Origin: Octopus sinensis | Lineage: Eukaryota | Direction: 5' to 3' | Assembly: GCF_006345805.1 (NCBI RefSeq) | Contig: NC_043020.1 | Location: 5,270,001 to 5,334,000 of the forward strand | Length of the DNA stretch: 64,000 nucleotides | Part shown: positions 1-12,326 of the stretch, piece after piece | How positions within the stretch are numbered: the first letter of the stretch is position 1 | Layout of the letters: each line of letters opens with the position of its first letter | Made by a program: the position numbers and the translations under genes | The notes under the pieces: model-generated | Seen by the model: the letters and a program-made list of their open reading frames with translations, nothing else | Told to the model about the DNA's origin: nothing | Databases searched by the model: none

Positions 1-429
1 CAGGGACAGGCAGGGGTGGAGGTTTGGCCTTCTTGCCGAGCTGGCAGTGTGGTGTAATTCAAAAGCTAAAATGAGACGAAGTGCATTGTGACCAGCAGTG
101 TGTAACATCCAATAGCCTGGTAGATCATGTAATCACATGATATATATACAAATACATATATATCATCATCATCATCAACATTTAATGTCTGCTTTCAATG
201 CTGGCATGGGTTGGTTGGTCGGTTTGAATGGAGCTGGGAAGTCCAGGTTCTGTTCTGGCAGGGTTTCCACAGCTGGATGCCTTTCCTAATGCCAACCGCT
301 TTACAGAGTGTACTTAGTGCTCTTTATATGGCACCAGCACCAACAGGGTCACCAAGTAACTTGCATGACAAAGAAACCCTTCAGCTGGGGAAGCAGGGAA
401 CATTAACCAAGGTGGTTTCGGATATCAAT

Positions 430-3400
430 TCAGCTATTGTGGAAAGGACTTCTTGAGAAGAAGAGCAAGGCACCAGATATCTTGGCCCTTTCTCATCTCC
501 TTCATAAGGCTCAGTATTTTGAGATCAACCTTCAGCACTTCATCCCATGTCTTCCACAGATTTCATCCGCTTCTTCATGCAACTGTCTTCATCCCTATGC
601 ATTACATGACCAAACCTGCACAGCAGTCTTCTCTCTCTTGCACACAGCATCTAATTCCTCCCGTGCCTAACTCTTCTCTCAATACATTAGCACTCAATCA
701 CATATGTACACTGACATTGCACATCCAGCAGAGCATGCTTCCTCACCAGCCTTTGCATGTCCTCTGCATTCAAGGCCCACATCTCACTACCATGTAGCAT
801 TGCTCATTGTATACATGCGTCATACAATCTTCCTTTCATTTCTGAGAGAGAGAGAGAGAGATCTTTGACTGCCAGAGGTAAAAGCTCTTTGGATTTCTCC
901 CCCCACTCCATCCTATTTTATTCTAGCAATTATGATTTCTGTACATTCTCTACCATTGCTAATTAGGTCCCTAAAGTAGCAGAAATTATCCACTGTCTCT
1001 AAAGAGCCTCCAGCGCATTTGAGAAAATCAATTTCCTGAGTTTTTATGGCTCCTGTGCATCTTCCAAATACAAACACTACGGTCTCGGATAACCTTCCTA
1101 TTACTCCACTGCACCTCGTGTCTCCATAGCTTTCACTGGGTACACTATATGGAATTCCTCCCTACACCTTTCCTACATATCATGTAGGGCCATTTATCTG
1201 GTGAGGATAGGGATGGCCTTGTCAGTTTCCTTGCTTACTAGAACTTTAGTCTTTGCTAAATTAACCTTAAGGCCCTCTGATTCCAGGTTTTGTTTCCACA
1301 CATGGAATTTCTTTTCTAGTTCTGTTACAGAATCTGCAATAAGGGCAAGATCATCGGCATATATACAGTTCCCAGGGGCAGCTGATCCTGAATTCTTCGG
1401 TTATGGCCTGGAGGACAATGATGAATAGGAGGGGGCTGAGGACCAAAACCTGATGAATGCCTATCTGTACACTAAATTCATCACTGTACTCCTGATTAAC
1501 TCACCTTACTGACAGAACCTCTGTAAATGCCTGGTACAGCTTTTACAAGCCACTTGTCTACCCCAAGCTTCTTCAGAGTCCACCATATCACACAGTAGTG
1601 TACTCTTACAAAGGCTTTCTCCAAATCGACAAATGCCAAATATAATGGTTTATTCTTCGCCAAATACTTCTCCTGCAGTTGTCTGACTATAAAGACAGAA
1701 TTACTGGTGCTTCTCCCCACTACAAGCCAAACTGCATTTCATCTATTCTGATTCTGTTCCTAATTAATTGGACTATAACTCTTTCCATTACTTTCATGAC
1801 CTGCTCCAGCATTTTGATGCTTCTGTAATTTCTTCTATCCAAAGAATCTCCCTTACCCTTGTAGCAGCTGACTATTATGCTGTTAACACCATCATCATTG
1901 TTTGACCATGGTCGAGACAATGGAATTTACCATGCTACGCCAGACTTCACGGTCTATCATAGCATTACGGAGGTCCTGTTGCTGGATGCCTGTATCCCTG
2001 GAGATTACATCAGGGTAGGAGAGTGTGGGCCCTCTGGAAGCCATCTACTCGCAATACCAGAGGGCACACACAATATTAACACCAGTCATTAGGGATAACA
2101 CGTTCCTGAATAGCCTGATTAACTATACAGGGGACTAGACTGTAGCCTACTCCACCAGATATTTTAAGCACCTCAGTAGTAATTTCTGATGAATCAGGGG
2201 CTTTCCTTGTCTTTATGTCCTTAATTGCCTTATCTATCATACTGCAGCCAACACAGATAGCTGGTCCCTCTGTAGGGTTTACATAGGGAGATTCCTTTTC
2301 ATTCATTCATTCGTTCTTCATATTTAATAACCTTTCATAGTAACAGTTCTATACCTCTCTTTTCGGAGTCACTGAGTGCAAGCATACCATTATCCACCCA
2401 TATGCACTTCTCCCCAAAGACATCTCAATTCTCTCTGCCATACTGTCTAAGAATCAAGAACACCTTAAGTCTCTGATCTTCATGCTCTAAGACATTGGCA
2501 AACCTCTTCCTTTCTGCTTCTGCCCTTGCTAAATAAACCTTTCCTCTAGCTTCCCTCTTTGCTACCTGATATAGTGCATTTCTGCCTCCTTTTCTCCAGT
2601 CTTTCCAAGCCTGTCTCTTCACTTGTATGGCCCCAAAGTCCATCCCCTCCTCACCGTGTTGGGGATGTAAAGTCCATCCCCTCCTCGTCATGGTGGGGAT
2701 GCTGGCAACGGGTAGTGTCAGAGCTATGCCATCGGGAACTTCAGTTCCTGGTAGGGCCACCCATGGCAGATTGCGCTGACACCGAGTAGTATTAGGGCCA
2801 CAACCCGGCAGATGGGGCTCTGGTGAAAATCCTCGGAGTGTCTGTTTCGGCAACTGGTGGCTCCTCGGTCGTTCTGTCCCTGCATCTGTGGACAATCCGC
2901 AGCAAACAGGATGTCTCTATATGCGGGATTGTTGGGGACCGCTTGTGAAATCCACATATTCCCACGAAACATCTTCTGCTTCGAGGGTGGTGGAAGAAGC
3001 CGACTCAACCCGCCCAGGGTGAATGTCGCCACAAGTACAAGTAAGTTGTATGGCCCTATCTAGTTCACCATTCCCCCAGCAAGGTATTCTCCATCTGGCA
3101 GAAACTTTGCCCCAGATTCGATCTTCAGCCTTCAGAAGGTCATCCCATAAGAACTTCCAGTTGTCCTCAGTGTTATACATCTCAAGATCTTCCTCTTTTG
3201 CATCAAATACTTTAATCACAATGTCCTCTAAGCCTCTGACTGTTTGATGCACCTCTGAGCTTCCATAAATTCCTTTTCCAGACTGGTTTGCACTTTTGTG
3301 TCCATCTGGCCTTAAGTCCGAAATCATTGACCACTAACCTATGTTGAGTTGTATATTCCTCACTGAGAATACAAGTGTCTGTCTATCCCCATTCCTGGTG

Positions 3401-3835
3401 AGGATGATGTCAATCTGGCTCGAGTGCTGATGAGTAGATGGCTGGCTGGTTTCCTGAAGTTAGTGTTGCAGACCAGCAAGTCATTTGCATCACAGAACTC
3501 CAAGAGCCTTGTTCCCTCCTCACTTGAAGTACCAAAGCTGAAACCTCCATGCACACCATAAAATCCATTGGTGTGTTGCCCAACATGACTGCTAGAGTCA
3601 CCACCTACGATAAGATCATTGTCCTTTGTTGTTGAGGTAGTCTGCAGAAGGGGCCCATAGAAACAGACCTTCTATTCTATGTGGAACATATGTAGAGATA
3701 AATGTCAGTTACATTTGTACAAGACTATTCTCAACTTGATAATCCTATAACATACCTTAGTGAATCCAATCACTTTGTGAACCCACTTCTCTACCAAAAC
3801 TATCCCTGCTCCCAATCCAGAAGAATTTCAATCAT
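430..3835 (-). mobile_element. Decayed RTE-clade LINE (APE endonuclease + reverse transcriptase), broken by frameshifts and two younger insertions
   Basis: Minus-strand fragments read GGFSFGTSSEEGTRLLEFCDANDLLVCNTNFRKP (APE), IIVSCYKGKGDSLDRRNYRSIKML..MERV and RQLQEKYLAKNKPLYLAFVDLEKAF (RT). Boundaries approximate. Confidence 0.9.
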
Positions 3836-3889
3836 ATCTATGCTCCTTACTCACAGGTAGTCTAGCTGAGATTCCTCGCCATTATACCT

Positions 3890-4265
3890 ATTTCTTTACT
3901 ACCCACAAGGGGCTAAACACAGAGAGGACAAGCAAGGACAGACAAACGGATTAAGTCGATTATATCGACCCCAGTGTGTAACTGGTACTTATTTAATCGA
4001 TCCCGAAAGGATGAAAGGCAAAGTTGACCTTGGCGGAATTTGAACTCAGAACGTAGCGGCAGACAAAATACCTATTTCTTTACTACCCACAAGGGGCTAA
4101 ACACAGAGAGGACAAGCAAGGACAGACAAACGGATTATGTCGATTATATCGACCCCAGTGCGTAATTGGTACTTATTTAATTGATCCCGAAAGGATGAAA
4201 GGCAAAGTTGACCTCGGCGGAATTTGAACTCAGAATGCCAGCATTTCGCGCGATGTGCTAACATG
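3890..4265 (-). mobile_element. Two tandem copies of SINE family A
   Basis: Repeated CCCACAAGGGGCTAAACACAGAGAGGACAA...GAAAGGATGAAAGGCAAAGTTGACC..GGAATTTGAACTCAGAA block at about 3890-4075 and 4076-4265. Confidence 0.85.
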
Positions 4266-4752
4266 TCTGCCAGCTCGCTGCCATTATACCTCTTGCAAAC
4301 AGCAAACATCTACATCTCTCCACTCAAGCATTTCGACAATCTCACCATACCTACCTCTCATTGAGCCAACATTAATCGTGGACATTCTGTGAGTTTGTGG
4401 GCATCAAGGGAGTATGATCTCGATATCTGTGATGAAGAAGAAGAAGAGTAGTTTTTCGGGCACGTGCCTAGAAGCGGTGGGTCCTTGCACATGTCAGTGA
4501 AAGCATGTACAGGTAGAGGTATGGGTAAATGTGTGTGTATAGGATGCTCAATGTTCACTGTCTCCCTCCAGTCTTACAAAGTCTCCAGGGGTAAACCCCC
4601 AGCAAAAATAAGGAAGTCAGGATGAGTCAAGTGTGGCTAGAGCAGTCAAAAGGCATCAGTCAACTTCTAACAATAGTGAAAGTAGGGGACACACAGACAT
4701 ATAAGAAATACATATACATGCGCTTAGGCATAACAACATGTATATGTAATTG

Positions 4753-4802
<50 letters not shown>

Positions 4803-4872
4803 TGGATATATACATGCATGTATATGTAATTGCATATATGTACGTATGTGTAGTTGTATGTATATATGTGTA

Positions 4873-4914
<42 letters not shown>

Positions 4915-4959
4915 ATATATCTTCGTTCAACTCCATTTCTTCAATTCACTAATAATATT

Positions 4960-5021
<62 letters not shown>

Positions 5022-7731
5022 TAGTGTACATTTAAACACAAAAGAAAATTACCCTTTAACAGGTAATTTTTACATGCTACAAATAGCAGCCAACATGGCC
5101 AAAACCACGATTTAATAGCAATTTTTGAAAATTGCTATTAAATCGTGGTTTGGGCCGTGTTGGCTGCTATTTCTAGCATGTAAAAATTACCTGTTAAAGG
5201 GTAGTTTTCTTTTGCGTTTAAATGTACATATGAATATGTTGTCTATTAACTATTTATACATGCTAGACCACTGGTGGTGATATTTATTATGAATATTCAC
5301 TACCCTATGTATGTATCTTATGTATGTATGTATATGTGTGTATATATATATGAGGTATTGGTATCTAGAAGACCCAAAGAGTGGCAGGTAACGCTTAGTA
5401 AGTGCTATGGACAGACCATAGTTAAACTCTTGGTTCGATAACAATACGAGTGAGGAGTCTAATGTGGGTCTTGTATTAGCAGGCATATAAATATTAGACA
5501 AAATGAGATGACAAAGCCAAGACTGTGAGGATTTTGCAGGACATTTATATGGAAAAAGATATAGATATAGCCTTACAGCTGTTTCTGGGATATTATGGAT
5601 AATATTCATCTCTTATGAAAGGATATCCATAATATCCTAGAAACAGCTGTAAGACTATTTCCTTATAAATGTCCTGAAAACTCCTCACAGCCTTAGTTTT
5701 GTTATCTCATTTTGTCATTTTTTCTCTCCTTGTTTTTTCTGTGTCCCTTTCTGTAGAAGAGCGTAGGCTCGAAACGTAAAAGACTTTTTCTCTTCCTGAG
5801 CGTTATACTAATACATCTGTTTGTTTTGTACACCACCTGTCTTCGTCTTTTGTCTTTTTCGTAAACTATCCCTATATATATATATATTATGCATATGTTC
5901 TATTTTATTAACATATTATACGACTAAACGCACGTACCCTATTAAGTAAGATTGTTCTGTTTATCAAGTTAGCCTTGATATTAACTCTCACGCGACTCTG
6001 CATCTTTCTTTCTTTCTCTCCCATTCCCTTTTTTGTCTTTTTTCCCTCACTTAACTTGTCTCTTCCTCTCTCTCTCATTCTTCATTCTCTCTCTCCCTTT
6101 CACCATTCTTCATGGTCTCCTCGCACCATTCCCCTTCTCTCTCTTCCTCTTGCTCCTCCTCCCCCATTCCCGTCGTCCATCTGCGACGATACTTCCGTCG
6201 TAACTGCTATCCTGTCTTTTCTCGCCCGCCTTCTAAGGCTACTGGTCGACACATTTTCTCTCTCTCGTCGTCCACTATAATCCAGCGTTTGCAATACTTT
6301 TTTCGTCTGGCGTTAACAGCCCTTCTTATCTTGTTCTCCTTGTCCTGTCTCTCACTGTTATACATTTATTTTTCCACTGTTTATATATATATTTTTTACT
6401 GTTTATATGTTTGTACTGTCGTTACCGTCTTGCTTTTTTTTTACCCCTCTGCGAAAAGATCTCAGAATTTTAATTGATTTGCTTTTCGCAGGAAGGAAGT
6501 TTTCTTCGAAGTATACGTCTCGCTTTTATCCTTCGAAACGTTTAGTAGATGAAACCTTAGCGACTGAAGAAGGGGATTTTTCGTTGTGCTTATTGTCCTG
6601 TATCTCTCTTTTTTTTTTGCTTGTCTTGTTCCTTGGTTTGTGTCTATGTTTTTCGTCTCTCTATGTGTTCGACGTCTTTTTGGTGTCCTGTACACATATA
6701 TGCGTGTATATGTACATGTAGAGGTAGGTACGTACATATATGTTTATATATATGCATATGTTCTATTTTATTAACATATATATATATATATATATATACA
6801 TACATAAATGCATACATACATAATTGCATATATGCATGCATATGTAACTGTATATATGTATGTATATGTAATTGCATGTCTGTATGTGTAATTGCATGTC
6901 TGCATGTGTAACTGTATGTATGGTTGTATGAATGTAATAGTCATATGTATGTATGTATATATGGTTATGTAGACTTCTATGTAAAACCATTCACATGCAT
7001 ATAGTCTTTCATGTAGCTTACATTCACACATGCATGTGGGCATGCACGTGTCTAACTTCACTAAAGGTGAAGGTGTTCTAAGGTAAACTAGTTTCAGCAA
7101 CTATATGGGTTAATCTAGCAGCGAATTTCAGAATCTATTTACTTAAACAGGAATTCGAGTATGCTTCATTGCTACCACTACTACCACCACCACCACTACT
7201 ACTACTACTACCACTACTACTACAAATAATATCAATGTTCCTTGGCATAGCATCCGAGAGCAGCTTCAGTCATGTGACTTGGATGTCAAAATAAATGTCA
7301 TCGAAATACATATTTGAGAATATTCTAGCAACCAATCAATCAATACGTCTCTCTGATGACGGAATACTCATCTTACAGAGTCTTCACTCAATGTGATGCT
7401 CCAATAGCTAGGAGCCATCAGAAGTTATTTCTTTTTACTACATTTTACCATTCATTATGTAACTAAATTTAGACTGAATTAAATTAAATTAAATGCCCTT
7501 GATTTGCCTTGCCTAATGGTTTGCCTTTCTTCACTATATGAGTAATATAAGATATGGATTCTGAGAATCATGTGGTTATCACAGTAAGCTCTTCTAACAG
7601 ACTAGACTATCAGTCCACACATTGTTTACAAAGTCATGTCTATGAAACTGAAAATCCAAATGATAAAATTATTCTGTAAATAGTATATAAACTATATACA
7701 TATATATGTATATGTGTATATATATATATAT

Positions 7732-8121
7732 CAGGCATGTGCCATCAGTAATTACTCAGGGTAGGCAGTAGGTGACCTTTATGTAGTAAAACACACAAAA
7801 AATAAGTGAAACATAGATAAGTGACTGAGTTGAAGGCAGATTTACTTCTGCCTTTATAGCACGTAAAGAAAATTGTGTTGTAGGAGTGCACGCAGCATGT
7901 GTACCACAGCAGTGCTATGTGTAGCTTAAATACTGAGATTGAAAGGAAGGGGCGAATTATGCGTATCTAATCTACAAAAATACTAAAATATTTTGCATAG
8001 TAATCAGAGTAACCTTCATAATTTTATTGAATTAGGTGTATATTTTGCTGTAAAAGGAAAATTTTGTAATCAATCTATTTTATTCAAGGTAGGCACTGCC
8101 TACCTAGGTGGCACGTCCCTG
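7732..8121. mobile_element. Possible non-autonomous TIR element (hAT-like ends)
   Basis: Imperfect terminal inverted repeats CAGGCATGTGCCA..GGTAGGCAGT / ACTGCCTACCTAGGTGGCACGTCCCTG; no TSD seen. Confidence 0.35.
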
Positions 8122-8879
8122 GTATAAATATATACATACATACACACACACATATGCACACTCAAATATGCTACTTTCTATGTAGTGATAGCAAATATCC
8201 CACAGCCAACCCAGTCCACAGCAGTGATAAAGGTATCAATCTGCCAAAACTTCAGATGTGGGCAATGTGGTGTAATCAAACCTTGAAAAGGGCAATACAG
8301 CCCTTTGAAAAACTGATGATAACAGAAATATGATCCCATCATATCATGCCATCATGCTATTAAAAAAAAAAAAAAAAATTTTTTTTTAATCAAAAAAAAA
8401 TAATTTGCAAGAATGACGCATGGCCTAGTGGTTAAAGGTGTTGCACTCACAATCGCAGTTTCATGGTTTCGATTCCCAGGCCGGTCGGTGCATTGCGATC
8501 TTGAGCAAACCACTTTGTTTTACATTGCCTCAGTCTACTCAGCTGTAAATGAGTAACTCTATGACAGCCTGGCCCCCAGTTCATGGGAAGAGGTGGAATG
8601 CTGTGATCTCAGTCACTAATGTGCCAATGGAACCTTGCAAAAGTGGGGCATGCAAGCGCACATGTATCTGAGGATAGCGTGTGAGCATATGTATGTGTGT
8701 GGGTGTGGTGGTTGTGGTGGAGGCTTGAGCACATGCATATGTATGTGTGGGTGAGCATAAGATTAAGTGAGTCTGAGAATGTGCATGTGTTTGTATGCGT
8801 GTGCATATGAGTGCGATCGTAAATACGTAAATAAGTACAAGCACTGCTTTAAAGTGCCGAAGTAGACCAGTTACATGCG

Positions 8880-9230
8880 CATATGATGAGATGGCTGTGT
8901 CAAATGATGAAAATCGCTCTCTTTGAGACGACCGGGAATGAAGAGATCTGCCTCCGTGACGGAGGCCTTAATCGAGAGAAATTTACATTGTTTTGGTCAT
9001 GTACGTAGTATGGACGACAACAGACTTCCCCCAGACAATTCCTTTGCTCCTGACTTGCAAAGAAGGAAAGGAAACCATGGAAGACCTAGCTCAAGATTGA
9101 AAGATACTGCAAAAAGGAATATGAAGCGGAAAGGAAATCGATAATGGTAAATGGCAAACCCAAATGGAAAACCAACCGGAATGGAGAAAGCTTATTATGT
9201 CGTGCCAAAGCCACGAACAGTCAAAGTCAT
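8880..9230 (+). mobile_element. RTE-type LINE 3' fragment
   Basis: Reads NLHCFGHVRSMDDNRLP...GRPSSRLKDTAKRNMKR, typical of an RTE ORF2 C-terminus. Confidence 0.65.
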
Positions 9231-9421
9231 GATGACCGACTGCAGATGATACATGTGGAGTTGACCGAAAAGTCCATTTGGTTTTTGATGACACTAATCT
9301 CCAAGCATTCTAATAAGTAGCTAAATTCAGTCTGTCCCTTATGCGTGTGAAAACATTAGATGCTTGATGTGAACTTGCTAAGAGACAGGTTGTATTTTGT
9401 GTGCTTGAGATCACCCTGAAA

Positions 9422-10330
9422 ATGGAGAACCAAAATGAACATTATCGACACCACATGATTTTTTTTTTTATTTAAAAAAAAAAAAGGCTCCAGTGAAAAC
9501 CTGCCGGAAGATATGCGCTGTGTGTGGAGTGGGAGCTGTTACAGAATATATATGTCAGAAGTGGAATTCAAAATTTCAATTGGAAAATTTTTCGGTTCAC
9601 TCTGGCCACCAACTGAGATTAACGGTGACACCAACCCTTGTTATACAGCCAGGATAATCAGATATTCTCCCAGAGATCCAAACTTTGTGAAAACCATCTA
9701 CATCAATTGACTGCATCATCAGGCTTAATGACTGAGTTTCACATTGATTGAATGAGATTAACCTCACCCATTTTCATCCATGGTTCATTGCAGAAACTTG
9801 AAGAAAAAGATACTTTTTTTTAAGAGAATAGTGACAGGGGATGAGTAATGGATTGTCCATTATAACAGGATGAAGTGCAAACGATCACAGAGCAAGCATG
9901 GTGAACCACCAGAGCAGGACTTCACCTGGAGGAGGTTCTGCTTCTCAATTTGGTCAGGTTGGAAGAGAGTTGTCTTTCACAAGATTCTTCCTACGGACAG
10001 GACCATCAATGTGTCCTCTGACCAGCTGGACAAAGTCAACACAGTGACCCATCAGAAGCATCCAGCACTTGCTAATTGTAAAGACGTCCTCTTTCATCAC
10101 GACAATGCCATACACTGGGGCTTGGCTGGGAAGTTTTGCCACAGCCTCCATATACACCTAACCTTGGACCTTCAGAGTCTCTTCAAAATATATTGAATGG
10201 ATAACCCTTCAACTTTGAACAGGAATTTTTCACTAGTAAAGACAAGAAATTCTTTGAGCTGGGAATAATGGATCTGTCCACAAGATGGCAGAAGATACTG
10301 GAATGAAATGGTAATTATATCATCGATTGA
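9422..10330 (+). mobile_element. Mariner transposase pseudogene
   Basis: MENQNEHYRH start, FLKRIVTGDE*WIVHYN, VLFHHDNA and a degraded PYSPDLAPS-like segment; many stops and frameshifts. Confidence 0.85.
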
Positions 10331-10804
10331 ATAAATCACTTTGTACTCAAAACGTGTTTTCTTTTCACTTAAAAAAAATCTAATATATCACAATATATAT
10401 GACAGCTATACACATCAAAGTATACAGTATTATAGATCTTACCAAGTGGTTTCACACTTCATATTAAATAATCGGATGTTACCTGATAATAGCACTCATC
10501 AGAGATGGCAGGTATGGAAAACATGGCAACTGTTCTTGGTTTGACGCTAAATGTTTTAATGTTTTTTTTTTTTTAAATTACTTGCTAGCGTTATCCTTAC
10601 ATCATATACTTACATACACAGTAATCACATTCGGTTAAAATGGCTTATTGATGTGTGTTTTGTTCCTTTTTTCCCCCTGATGAGATGATTGCATTGTTTT
10701 ACATCATTTTTGATTCCCTCTGGAATGCTCTCAATGTTTTCTTCGAAACATATGTTGCAAATATAAATGATTTGAATAACACCTGCGTTTAACTCCATTT
10801 CTTA

Positions 10805-10838
<34 letters not shown>

Positions 10839-11500
10839 CAATTAAGGGTTTAGCAACAAGTTGCTTCACCACATACCGAAAATTCACAAATAGCAGCCAA
10901 AGGGCCGCTATTTCATTTTTCCTACAAAATATGTCTCTAGTAGGAAAAATGAAATAGCGGTCTTTTCGCTGCTATTTCTAAATTTTCGGTATGTGGTGAA
11001 GCAACTTGTTGCTAAACCCTTAATTATTGTTATAAAAATATATAAAAAAACCTTTTTATATAAGTTTTTACCGAATATGGTTCCTTTCTATACCGAAACT
11101 ATTTTGGTAAAATTTGTTAATTTATCAAATTAATAATTTTTTACCCTATATCTGTAATGATCATATATATATATATATATATAATATTAGGGAGTATATC
11201 CAAACTTACAGGGAAAAATTAGATTTAGGATTAAATCAAATTTCACAGTATAAATATAAATTAAATTAGAGATAAAACCACTATTAGGCAACTCAAACAG
11301 TGATAGACATAAACCAAAACATAAAAAACAAAAATAAAAAATATAATTAATATAATATATATATAAAATATAAAATTTAAATTATTAAAATTTAAAATTT
11401 TCAAATTTACATTTTCAAATTTTCAAAACTTTTATGTCTATTTGAGTTGCATAATAGTGGTTTTATCTCTAATTAATTTAATTTATATATATATATATAT

Positions 11501-11534
<34 letters not shown>

Positions 11535-12285
11535 AAATTTTCCAGAACAGTGAATATAATAGAGATATACAACATTACTAAGAAGAACAAAAATAATAAC
11601 AACAACAATAGTAAAAAAAAAAATAAAAAACTTACTTGATATATACAAAAATGACACACATAACTAATATAAGAACAAGTATGCAGGAAGTGATACCAGC
11701 TGCTATCCCAGCAATCCTCAGTCGAGTATAATCCTTTACTGTAAGAGAAAAAGAAGAAAATAACAATAAACATTTTCATACAACAACAACAACGATAATA
11801 ATAATTAATTCTTTTATTGGCCACAAGGGCTGACAAAAATCAATTATTACATAAAGGGACAAAACAGGACGAAAGGTTACAAAGGGTTTTGTCCGTTTGT
11901 GAAAAAAAAAAACGAGTAAAAAAGCAGTTTAACAACAAAAAACTCCAAATAGGGGGAGGCGTTAAGAAAGGTTCCTGGTGGGAAAAAACCATAAAAGCCA
12001 ACGGGAGCCTGGTCAAAAAGCGGGGTAGAGAGCCCCTTTCTCCTTTTATATTACCTTTTTAAATCACAATAATGATTTGAAATTTTGGCACAAAGCCAGC
12101 CAATTCAGGGGAGGGTGTAAGTTGATTACATTGAACCCAGTGTGTAACTGGTATTTATTTTATCAGCCCTGAAAGGATGAAAGGCAAGGTTGACCCAGGA
12201 AGAATTTGAAATCAGAATGTAAAGATGGACAAAATGCCACCAAGCATTTTGCTTGGTATCTTAACAATTCTGCCAGCTCACCACC

Positions 12286-12326
<41 letters not shown>

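Noticed and set aside
5975-6740. Cluster of hydrophobic or basic ORFs
   Set aside because: Pyrimidine-rich low-complexity repeat sequence, probably PLE-associated; no domain.
7550-7600. Short exon-like segment ending CACA|GTAAGC
   Set aside because: Weak acceptor and no partner exons; no gene model for 1-17000 could be built.
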